Notes: generated by a model not told the origin, from the letters alone. A stretch of DNA of 51,631 nucleotides from an uncultured Candidatus Peribacteria bacterium (GCA_964517585.1 CAZFCB010000002.1:1-51631); one strand, 5' to 3'; numbered from the stretch's first letter, positions 18,451 through 26,519 are shown. Numbers and translations are program-made.

Positions 18451-21400
18451 GGTGTTGGAGGGGGAATATCAAGCTTCGTTGTTATGGGCAGACTCAATTT
18501 CGGAAAAATACGCTGTAGGGTATCAAGGCTCGCATTGAAGTATGGATTTTTATCGAGATTATCGTTTTCTGGAAGAGACTGTGACCGTAGTGTGTCGCCA
18601 AGAGCGGTAAAATCTCCTCCTGTGACATCCGGCATGAACCACTGCCACGTCGTGCTCGTACGTTTTTCGGGAGGGAGCAAATAGCACACGACCCCTTCAT
18701 GACACTTCGGAGGATTGTTGGGGTTCGGAAAATCTTGCTGACGCCTTGCGACTCGTCCTGCAAAATCCTCTTCGCGTTCTGGTATCCATCGAGAGAAAAG
18801 ACGAGCTAAGCGTTCCTTAAGATCATTCTCGACATGGATAATTTTCGCAGGATTTCCATGCTCCTGATCTGGATCAGGAGGAATGAGAATGCTCGGTGGA
18901 AAGCGACAATACGCACCGCGCATGCTCCCTCGATCAAGTGGGAAATTATCGTCACCACCGTCGATGGATGCTCCTGCGGCAAGTGCTTGTTCTTCATTGA
19001 TCTGTGTACCGATGTCAGTTCCGTCAATCATCTTTCGAAATGTACGCAAAATATTTTTTGCCGGCTCTAAGTCTTGGGTACTTGGCGGTGTGATGAGAGA
19101 CTTCGCCGGAAGATCAACACTTGGCACTGGGAAAGCACTGAATATTGCCTCGTTTGGCAGCGGTGGCAATTCAGGAAAATCGTCAGGAGATGGCGGCTCA
19201 ACACCAATAATTGGCGGAAGAGGTAACCGCACGCGCACTTGCACAGGCCATAACGTAGGAATGAGCCATGGATCACGCGGAAATTTCACATTCGAGAAAT
19301 CAAAGAATTGATCCTTTGGCTGAACGTATCCAAGGTCGGTGAGACTCTGTGGTGTGTAATCCCGGTTACGTTTCTCGCCTGGCTGCCGATCACCCCACCA
19401 GTTATCGAGGAGTGAGTAGATCGGCGCAGAGTAACGATGATTGCTACACCACCGAATCTGGCAGGCGTCTGCCTGAAGCATTCCTCGCTGCAAAAGCCTC
19501 CAGATGCGTTTCAGCTCACGACGCTGGACAGCACGCTGCGCAGATTCTTCAAGGAGCACACTATTCTGTTGGTACCAATCGGCAAAATATTCACGAATTT
19601 GTTTCTGAGAATCGAAAAGCTTGACGAGGTATGTCAGAAGCGAGCCTCGCATGAGCCGAATCTGTTCTACCCTCTCTCTGTATCGCTCTAATTTTTCAAT
19701 GATCGTCACAGCTGCGTCAGAGAAGGAGTTCCGACCTTCCAAGATTGCAGTAGCATCTTCATCAATTTTCCAGAGCTTCCAATCTGCGATCCGCGCATCG
19801 ATCTCTGCAACGGAGATAAGAGGCACGAGTACGGGTATTCTCACCTCCTGAATTGGTGCGACGAAGATCCGCTGAAAAGACTTGAGAACATTACCAAGAT
19901 CCTCAAGACCCGATTTCAGTGTGAGCTCTACCGTGCCATCGGAGCGTGAGACAGTCTGACTGACATACTGAAACAGTGGATCATCATCAGAGAGTCCAAC
20001 AAGGAATCGTGCAGGCATGATGAGTCGCGTCTGTGGATCTGCAGTCATCTTGAGGAGTTCGCGTTGTTGTGCCTCGAAGAAGATCGCCAGATCACGGTCG
20101 TCCGTGTCATCAAATTGATCGGTACGTGCATTTTTTGGCACAGTTTTACTGCCTGTCTGTCGCGTCGTCAGGAGTGTTCCAAAGATAGCCGTTACATCCG
20201 TTGGATCTTCGAAATTCTTCTGTAATTCCTTGAGTTTCTCGATATCAATCAGTGTCAAATTTGTATCTGAATCAGGCTTCCATGGTTCTGGATGATTGCG
20301 TGGATCTCGAGGATTTTCCTGTACTAAGCTCGGGTCTGGCGTGACTGTTTCTTTCTGGGTATGTCCATTACCGTCTTTCCACTCAGGTTTCTTTGGGTTT
20401 TGTTCATCATCAGAAGAGATCACAAATTCACATTGCTCATCGATGCCAGGTGTCACATCAAATTTCGGATCGTAGTCTGTTCCATCTGCATTTGTTTCTT
20501 TGTAATACTCATAACACTCAGCGCGAACTTGCCAGACATTATCTCCGCCAGGCGCCGTTACGGAAATTTTCGGCACCATAAAATTTTCGGCATAGTGCCG
20601 ATAATACGAACTTGCGATTGCCCAGTGGCCACCCCATATATCCACGATGATGCGATATCGTGTTTCGACAAAATTCCCTTCATCATCCATGACGTCATAT
20701 GGTTCCGCATGGCATTCTGTCATTTTATTATAAAATTCCCGATCCCATGGTGTTCTGCACGTCGTGTCTTGCGGTGGGTCGTCTGGCCATGTTGTCGCGA
20801 CCTTTGTGCGCTTGTCGCTTGTACCCCGACACTCAAATGTGTACGGCGGATCAAAGCAGTACCGTTTCTCCGGTCCAACCGGACATCCATCATTTGGTTC
20901 TGGGCACGGACATGCGGCTGCGGGGTCTTCGCGCGGCATGATTGCCGATGCCTGTCTCCATGCATCATAGAGACGTTTGCAAAACTTCGGTGTCGCCTTA
21001 TCTGTGCGTAGGCACCAGTCGTACGGATTGATGTCGACTTTGCCAACGCCATCAACAATTTCTACTGATCCATCCTCGTGAATAACAAGATCCTTTTGTA
21101 AGCGCTTCAGATCATCATCTATGTAACTATCGTCGTACACGCTGCACGCAGAACTGTATCCCCATGCGCTATCGGGGAATTCAAAGTCGCTACGTTCTCC
21201 GATACCTGTTTTTGGATCAAAAAGTGGACCGATATTCCTCCGGCCAGGAAGATCTGGGCTGATGTCAGGAATCGGCACGTCACCATTGACTCTTGTGCCA
21301 GCCACCGTCGCATTCGAGTCTTCATCCCAACCACCGCATTCCACAGAATTGATGTTCTGACGCATCTCATCTAAGCCAAACGTAATGTCTTTGTATGACG

Positions 21401-21527
21401 TTGGCACGTTCATCTTCGGAATAAACGGTGCAGCTAGAGCACTCTTCGTCATGACAAGTGATGACAAGACAACAAATGTCGTCAGTGCATGCCGTACAGA
21501 GATAGCGCGAAAATTCTCACAATGCAT
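18447..21527 (-). CDS. Cluster member 1 of 5: 1026-aa secreted protein with a Cys-rich N-terminal third, a Cys-free middle and a Pro-rich C-terminal part
   Basis: ATG start. Signal-like N-terminus (RHALTTFVVLSSLVMTKSALA). Cys at about residues 63-366, then none until about 689. Pro-rich segment RLPLPPIIGVEPPSPDDFPELPPLPNE. Confidence 0.85.
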   Translation of the reverse strand: MHCENFRAISVRHALTTFVVLSSLVMTKSALAAPFIPKMNVPTSYKDITFGLDEMRQNINSVECGGWDEDSNATVAGTRVNGDVPIPDISPDLPGRRNIGPLFDPKTGIGERSDFEFPDSAWGYSSACSVYDDSYIDDDLKRLQKDLVIHEDGSVEIVDGVGKVDINPYDWCLRTDKATPKFCKRLYDAWRQASAIMPREDPAAACPCPEPNDGCPVGPEKRYCFDPPYTFECRGTSDKRTKVATTWPDDPPQDTTCRTPWDREFYNKMTECHAEPYDVMDDEGNFVETRYRIIVDIWGGHWAIASSYYRHYAENFMVPKISVTAPGGDNVWQVRAECYEYYKETNADGTDYDPKFDVTPGIDEQCEFVISSDDEQNPKKPEWKDGNGHTQKETVTPDPSLVQENPRDPRNHPEPWKPDSDTNLTLIDIEKLKELQKNFEDPTDVTAIFGTLLTTRQTGSKTVPKNARTDQFDDTDDRDLAIFFEAQQRELLKMTADPQTRLIMPARFLVGLSDDDPLFQYVSQTVSRSDGTVELTLKSGLEDLGNVLKSFQRIFVAPIQEVRIPVLVPLISVAEIDARIADWKLWKIDEDATAILEGRNSFSDAAVTIIEKLERYRERVEQIRLMRGSLLTYLVKLFDSQKQIREYFADWYQQNSVLLEESAQRAVQRRELKRIWRLLQRGMLQADACQIRWCSNHRYSAPIYSLLDNWWGDRQPGEKRNRDYTPQSLTDLGYVQPKDQFFDFSNVKFPRDPWLIPTLWPVQVRVRLPLPPIIGVEPPSPDDFPELPPLPNEAIFSAFPVPSVDLPAKSLITPPSTQDLEPAKNILRTFRKMIDGTDIGTQINEEQALAAGASIDGGDDNFPLDRGSMRGAYCRFPPSILIPPDPDQEHGNPAKIIHVENDLKERLARLFSRWIPEREEDFAGRVARRQQDFPNPNNPPKCHEGVVCYLLPPEKRTSTTWQWFMPDVTGGDFTALGDTLRSQSLPENDNLDKNPYFNASLDTLQRIFPKLSLPITTKLDIPPPTP

Positions 21528-21738
21528 CGTGCGTCAGTGTACGCGATGACTCTTCGTTCCTCCTATTATTGAGGCTAAAAAATTTAGTATCGGAAAACAA
21601 AAAAATATTCCTTCAATCTTTTCTTGTTGCACACTCGTTTCAGTGGGTGTACGTTCGTTCACGTCAACTGCTGGCGCTTCTGTGGCGCCACATAATGCAC
21701 CGGCACGTGACCTCCTTTACTCCCATTCCCCCTCAGCG

Positions 21739-22605
21739 ATGTTCTCTCTCAATCGTATCGACATCATCGGATACCAGACACAACCAGTCACCGTTCGCCA
21801 GACACCCGGCGGCGCGAGTGTGACCGATCTTAATATTGTCGTTCCATACTCATTCCAGTCGAGTAAGGGCGAAACGCTTTCCGGCAAAAGCTTCCACACA
21901 GTGACCGTGTGGGGGGCAATGGCGGACGTTGCTGGCCAATATGTCAAAGCTGGTTCTCAGCTTTTTGTTTCTGGTCGCCTTCAAACTGACTCCTGGGATG
22001 ACACGACAAGTGGTGAGAAGCGTAACAAAACAAAAATTGTCGCGATGGACTTGATTCTCCTTGATCCTAAAGACGGCCAGCGCGAGGCTCCATCCGGAGC
22101 TGCTAGTCTCACGAGTTGCGTGAATCGTGCACAAGTTGTTGGTAACGTCACCCGGGAACCAGAAATGCGAACGACGACGAGCGGCCAATCTGTTCTCACT
22201 CTTGGTGTCGCAACGAATGAGCGATGGAAAGAGAAGGCAACAGGTGAACTAAAAGAGCGCTCTGAATTTCACAATGTCGTGGTCTGGGGTGATACGGCCA
22301 AGGCTGTCCACATGAACATCAAGAAAGGCCAACGCGTCTATGTCACTGGCCGCGTACAGACTCGCACGTGGGAAACGCAAGAAGGAAAGAAGCGTGCCAC
22401 AACGGAGATTATCTCAGATCAGGTGACGCTACTTGGCCTCAAGAGTGCTGATGCTATCTCTAACGTCCAGTCTGACGGCGCTACTGAAGTTGAATCCGCA
22501 CAGCCTTCACGCACTTCTGAGAATGCGACTCCCGTCGCTGCCGGAGGCGCGATGCCGGATATTAAATACGAATCCGAAATCAAGCCGGAGGATTTACCGT
22601 TTTAA
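21739..22605 (+). CDS. ssb: Single-stranded DNA-binding protein with two tandem OB folds and an acidic C-terminal tip
   Basis: Two SSB-like modules: MFSLNRIDIIGYQTQPVTVRQTPGG...HTVTVWGAMADVAGQYVKAGSQLFVSGRLQTDSW and VNRAQVVGNVTREPEMRTTTSGQ...HNVVVWGDTAKAVHMNIKKGQRVYVTGRVQTRTWE. A flexible tail ends in EDLPF. The start is set at the internal ATG MFSLNR. Confidence 0.88.
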   Translation: MFSLNRIDIIGYQTQPVTVRQTPGGASVTDLNIVVPYSFQSSKGETLSGKSFHTVTVWGAMADVAGQYVKAGSQLFVSGRLQTDSWDDTTSGEKRNKTKIVAMDLILLDPKDGQREAPSGAASLTSCVNRAQVVGNVTREPEMRTTTSGQSVLTLGVATNERWKEKATGELKERSEFHNVVVWGDTAKAVHMNIKKGQRVYVTGRVQTRTWETQEGKKRATTEIISDQVTLLGLKSADAISNVQSDGATEVESAQPSRTSENATPVAAGGAMPDIKYESEIKPEDLPF

Positions 22606-22613
22606 CCACAAAC

Positions 22614-22693
22614 GTAGAGACAACCCATTGGGGCGTCTCCTGACTGCAATCGTTGCACCCAGTTTCCGAGACGCGCGCACCGCATGTCTCTAC
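22614..22693. terminator. Nested stem-loop element between convergent ssb and murB; possible bidirectional terminator, related to the GTAGAGACGC palindrome family
   Basis: GTAGAGAC 22614-22621 pairs with GTCTCTAC 22686-22693. GCGTCTC 22633-22639 pairs with GAGACGC 22668-22674. It starts 9 nt after the ssb stop. There is no clear U-tract. Confidence 0.4.
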
Positions 22694-22744
22694 CGCAAGA
22701 ATGATCAACCCTTGTCCATTGGCGGCAGGGGTTCTTCAATTGCA

Positions 22745-23629
22745 TCAGAATCGTAACGAGCCATCTCTCTCGAAAAACCGCATCTCTACTTCCAAATTCT
22801 CTGAGATTTTTTTCTTCACCTCTTCTACCACTGCAACCGCATTTGCGTACGTGCCTTCACCGGTATTCATGAGGAAATTTGCATGCTTTGGTGAGATTTC
22901 AATACCTCCTACTTTGTAGCCACGGAGGCCTACCGCATCAATGAGCTTCCAAGCAGGAGTATCTCCTACAGCCTTGAAACACGAGCCTGCGGTTTTTGCG
23001 TGTGGCTGCGTCTCGATGCGCTTCTGCAGCAGTGTTTGAATGTTTGTCGTCATAGCTGCTGGGTCGCTTCTGGGAAGTTTTAGTGTCACCTCCCAGATAA
23101 TCAGGCCGCCTAATGTTCCACTTTCCACTTTCCACTTTCCACTTTTAAAGATGCTTTCTCTATAACCAAACCCACACTCATCTCTGGAAAGTGTCTTCCA
23201 TGTGCCATCGTACACCGTGACGGATTCGACAAAAGAATCAATCCAGACGCCTTTTGGTCCTTGTCCAGCATTGCCAAAAATTGCTCCGCCGATGGTTCCG
23301 GGGATTCCCGTAAGAGACGAAAGATCGAGACCGAAACGTGCTACTTCATTCATAAGCATGGCAAGATTTTTTCCTGCACCGACTGTCACCATGCTGTCTT
23401 GTATATCGGTTTTTGCATGCTTCACCTGTACAACGAGTGCATCAACCGTATCTGCGAAAATTGTATTTGATCCGCTCCCTAACGGTATGATTTTTAGTTC
23501 ATGCTTCATGGAAAACTTCAGCGCCTCTTCTACGTCTTCCTTTGTCTCTACTTCAGCAAAGTATCGCGCAACTCCTCCAATGCGCATGGTTGTTTTTGGC
23601 CGAAGGGTAACATTTAGGATGAACTGCAA
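22745..23629 (-). CDS. murB: UDP-N-acetylenolpyruvoylglucosamine reductase
   Basis: FAD-binding N-terminus (TTMRIGGVARYFAEV...IIPLGSGSNTIFAD) and C-terminal MurB pattern (GSCFKA...LIDAVGLRGYKVGGIEISPKHANFLMN). TTG start in the track. Confidence 0.9.
   Translation of the reverse strand: MQFILNVTLRPKTTMRIGGVARYFAEVETKEDVEEALKFSMKHELKIIPLGSGSNTIFADTVDALVVQVKHAKTDIQDSMVTVGAGKNLAMLMNEVARFGLDLSSLTGIPGTIGGAIFGNAGQGPKGVWIDSFVESVTVYDGTWKTLSRDECGFGYRESIFKSGKWKVESGTLGGLIIWEVTLKLPRSDPAAMTTNIQTLLQKRIETQPHAKTAGSCFKAVGDTPAWKLIDAVGLRGYKVGGIEISPKHANFLMNTGEGTYANAVAVVEEVKKKISENLEVEMRFFERDGSLRF
23116..23143. repeat. Heptanucleotide tandem repeat (TTCCACT x4) inside the murB coding sequence
   Basis: ttccact ttccact ttccact ttccact is read directly from the sequence. 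On the coding strand it encodes part of FKSGKWKVESG. Confidence 0.9.
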
Positions 23630-23746
23630 AGAGAGTTGGGTACGTAAGGTAGGTGGGGTTGGTGGGGTAAGGAGGGGGAGTGAATATTACACCTGAAGAA
23701 TATCAAAAACCTGCCACTCCTATCCTACCACTACTATCTTTCCCTC

Positions 23747-24211
23747 TCACCTACTGATCAAGTCCGTCACTTTCTCCATGGATTCATACAGCTTCTCTGA
23801 AAAAATATCCTTCTTCTGTGTCTTTTGAAGTAGCGCAACAAGAACGACAGCTCCAGCGATGACAGCAAGAATAATACCGAGATCCTGTATTGCCGGCTGG
23901 ATGCGGAAGAGAAGGAGGCCGAGGAATATTGCGACTGCAAGAAAAACACCGGCAATGATGCCGACGCCGAACGTTACGATGACAAGTTTTGTTCGATCTT
24001 CCTGCTTGTCCTGCGGAGCAGATGCGAGTGCAGTAAGAAGATCGCTACTCACGATCACAGGGTCATTGTCGCTGCGCTTAAAGAGTACTTGCACCTTACG
24101 CTGCAAAATAAGGCTCACGAATGTTTTAAAGGGAACAGAGGTCTTACCCTCGATCACTGCCTTGCCGCTTGTGTTACTAATCTCTACTTCGAGCTCGTCC
24201 ATGGAACGCAT
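23747..24211 (-). CDS. Hypothetical membrane protein with two predicted TM helices
   Basis: Hydrophobic stretches LVIVTFGVGIIAGVFLAVAIFLGLLLF and LGIILAVIAGAVVLVALL. The start is set at MRSMDELEV to avoid overlapping the gltX 3' end. Confidence 0.6.
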   Translation of the reverse strand: MRSMDELEVEISNTSGKAVIEGKTSVPFKTFVSLILQRKVQVLFKRSDNDPVIVSSDLLTALASAPQDKQEDRTKLVIVTFGVGIIAGVFLAVAIFLGLLLFRIQPAIQDLGIILAVIAGAVVLVALLQKTQKKDIFSEKLYESMEKVTDLISR

Positions 24212-24221
24212 TGTACCAGAC

Positions 24222-25784
24222 TTAGACTGGTGCAACTGCAAGACGTTTCATTGTTTCAGTTTTACCGAGCAGGTCAGCCACTTCGTACGCACCCGGGCTG
24301 TACTCGCGACCAGTGAGCATGGCTCGTAGCGGCCACAGGACCTGACCCTTTTTAAAGCCAGATGCAGGGAGACCATTTTCAATAGCAGCAACGATGGATT
24401 CGCGATTCCACACGTCTTCTGACACGGAGCCAAGTTGAGTGTTCAAAAAGTGCAGAATTGCTTCCACCTGAGAAGGCTCTATTTTTTGTTTCGGATTCGC
24501 CACGAGTGCCATCGTAGGGCTTACTGGTGCGTAAAAGTACCCGAGCATCTCCGGTGCTTCCTGAAAGAACATAATACGTTCCTGAATGAGAGCGGCGCGC
24601 TTCATAAATACTGAGTCACTCGCTGCTGCAGGAAACTTTTCACTGACAAGAGGGAGGATTCTTGCCGCGAATTCTTCCACAGGAATCTTGCGCATCCACT
24701 GACCTTGGAGCCAATCGAGTTTTTGAAGATCAAAAACGGCGCCTGCTTTCTGCACTCGCTCAAGAGTAAAAGCCTCCACGAGTTCTGGGAGTGAAAATAT
24801 TTCTTGTTCGGTACCCGGATTCCACCCAAGGAGCGCGAGAAAGTTGAGAAGTACCTCCGGCAAGTATCCCTTGTTCAAATAGTCCTCGACTGCGACTGAA
24901 TTTTTTCGCTTACTGAGTTTTGTGCGATCTGGATTTAAGATGAGTGGCATGTGCGCATACTTCGGAGCTTCCCAGCCGAGAAATTTGAAAAGTAAAAGAT
25001 GCTTGGGGAGTGACGACAGCCATTCTTCTCCACGATTCACAAGATCTATCTTCATGAGATGATCATCGACGACGTGTGCGAGGTGATACGTCGGAAACCC
25101 GTCGGATTTTAGGAGAACTTGGTCATCAATGGTGTACCCCTTAAACGTCAATGTCCCATAAATAATGTCATCGTACGTCACAGACTCTTCACGCGGTACT
25201 TTCATGCGGATGACATGTTTTTCGCCAGCGGCTATGCGTTTCTCGACTTCCTTCTGCGGAAGAACGGCACATGTTCGGTCGTACATCGGCGCCTGCTTTC
25301 TCTTCTCTTGGTCTGTGCGCATCTGTTCTAGTCGCTCAGACGTACAGAAGCAGTGATACGCGTGACCAGACTGCAGTAACGCATCGGCGTACGTACGGTA
25401 CACATCGAGACGCTTGGACTGATGATAAGGCCCGTAGGAACCTTTTTCGACAAGCTCACCGTGCGCATCCAGTACGACGCCTTCATCGGGTGCGAGGCCG
25501 ACCTTCGTGAGAGTGCGGACGATATTTTCTGTTGCACCCTGCATCTCACGAGCCTGATCAGTATCTTCGATCCGAAGCGTAAACGTGCCGTGTGTCTTCC
25601 TTGCAACGAGCCACGCAAAGAGCGCCGTACGAAGAGCACCGACGTGAAGAAGGCCTGTTGGTGAGGGTGGAAAGCGAGTGCGCAAAGGGAAGGAAGGGTA
25701 GGTTTGGAACGTAGAGTAGGAAGAACTCGTATTGTCAGAATAACGAAGCCCCATCTTACCTACCAACCCTATCATCCTTACCAC
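24222..25784 (-). CDS. gltX: Glutamyl-tRNA synthetase; start codon uncertain
   Basis: Class I motifs PSPTGLLHVGALRTALF (HIGH-type) and TKLSKRK (KMSKS-type). The catalytic core begins at LRTRFPPSPTG. The roughly 30 upstream codons are encoded by a pyrimidine-rich motif block and may be leader; an alternative TTG start lies directly before RTRF. Confidence 0.9.
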   Translation of the reverse strand: MVRMIGLVGKMGLRYSDNTSSSYSTFQTYPSFPLRTRFPPSPTGLLHVGALRTALFAWLVARKTHGTFTLRIEDTDQAREMQGATENIVRTLTKVGLAPDEGVVLDAHGELVEKGSYGPYHQSKRLDVYRTYADALLQSGHAYHCFCTSERLEQMRTDQEKRKQAPMYDRTCAVLPQKEVEKRIAAGEKHVIRMKVPREESVTYDDIIYGTLTFKGYTIDDQVLLKSDGFPTYHLAHVVDDHLMKIDLVNRGEEWLSSLPKHLLLFKFLGWEAPKYAHMPLILNPDRTKLSKRKNSVAVEDYLNKGYLPEVLLNFLALLGWNPGTEQEIFSLPELVEAFTLERVQKAGAVFDLQKLDWLQGQWMRKIPVEEFAARILPLVSEKFPAAASDSVFMKRAALIQERIMFFQEAPEMLGYFYAPVSPTMALVANPKQKIEPSQVEAILHFLNTQLGSVSEDVWNRESIVAAIENGLPASGFKKGQVLWPLRAMLTGREYSPGAYEVADLLGKTETMKRLAVAPV

Positions 25785-25797
25785 GTCGTTTCATACA

Positions 25798-26490
25798 CTA
25801 TTTCACAACCACGACATTGAACGTGACCTTGTCCTTTGGCATGTCAGATCCATCGCGCGGAACTCTGGCAATAGTATTGACGACGTCCTGACCGGATGTG
25901 ACGCGTCCGAAGATTGTGTAACTTGGCGGAAGTGGATAGTCAGCATCCATGATAAAGAATTGACTGCCGTTCGTATGAGGACCACGGTTTGCCATAGCAA
26001 TGACACCTGCTTTGTAGCCAGTTTTGTACGTTGCTGAATTCGGTTGGATCTCATCTTCGAACATCTCACCAAAGACGCTCTTCCCGCCAGTTCCGTTTCC
26101 ACTTGGATCTCCTCCTTGGATCATGAATCCTGGAATAACGCGGTGAAATGTAACGCCACTGTAATAACCACTCGAAGCGAGTGCCATAAAATTTGTGACA
26201 GTCTTTGGCGCAATGTCTGCGTCGAGCTCAACAGTGATATCCCCTTTACTCGTCTTGATGATAGCTTGGTGCTTACCCTTCATGATGCCACCGTCCCACT
26301 TCCATGCTTCTGGCGCGACTGAAGAAGAAGATGACGAGTCCGATGAAGCAGATGATGTTGGCATGGCGTCGATGGATGAAGAACTAGAAGAAGTTTGGGT
26401 ACCGTTGGTAGTGGAAACCGGAGTCTTTGCATTACATGCGCTTAGGCCAAGTGCGAGTGATAGTGTTAGAAGAGAGATGATTTTCTTCAT
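25798..26490 (-). CDS. Cyclophilin-type peptidyl-prolyl cis-trans isomerase, lipoprotein
   Basis: Lipobox signal MKKIISLLTLSLALGLSAC, a Ser-rich linker and the cyclophilin core FHRVIPGFMIQGGDPSGNGTGG. Confidence 0.9.
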   Translation of the reverse strand: MKKIISLLTLSLALGLSACNAKTPVSTTNGTQTSSSSSSIDAMPTSSASSDSSSSSSVAPEAWKWDGGIMKGKHQAIIKTSKGDITVELDADIAPKTVTNFMALASSGYYSGVTFHRVIPGFMIQGGDPSGNGTGGKSVFGEMFEDEIQPNSATYKTGYKAGVIAMANRGPHTNGSQFFIMDADYPLPPSYTIFGRVTSGQDVVNTIARVPRDGSDMPKDKVTFNVVVVK

Positions 26491-26519
26491 GGGAATGTTG
26501 GGAAGAACGGATCAATACT

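Noticed and set aside
15523-21011. Several 100-216-aa plus-strand ORFs (15523-16101, 15800-16159, 18883-19311, 20361-21011 and others) inside the secreted-protein cluster
   Set aside because: All are antisense shadows inside much longer minus-strand ORFs with coherent signal peptides and coupled junctions. They have no motifs and odd composition.
13237-21527. Assigning the five-gene cluster to type IV pili, T4SS/T7SS, toxin complexes or a sortase-pilus system
   Set aside because: The block has no ATPase, no prepilin leader (G/FTLIE), no LPXTG or pilin motifs, no secretin or channel-like polytopic protein and no WXG-type small proteins. No known system fits, so it is reported as unassigned.
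23116-23143. Possible CRISPR or other spaced-repeat array
   Set aside because: The repeat is contiguous 7-mers with no spacers, lies inside murB, and there are no cas genes anywhere in the window. No CRISPR array was found.
23202-23696. 164-aa plus-strand ORF overlapping murB
   Set aside because: It is antisense to a clearly recognisable murB, so it is a shadow ORF.
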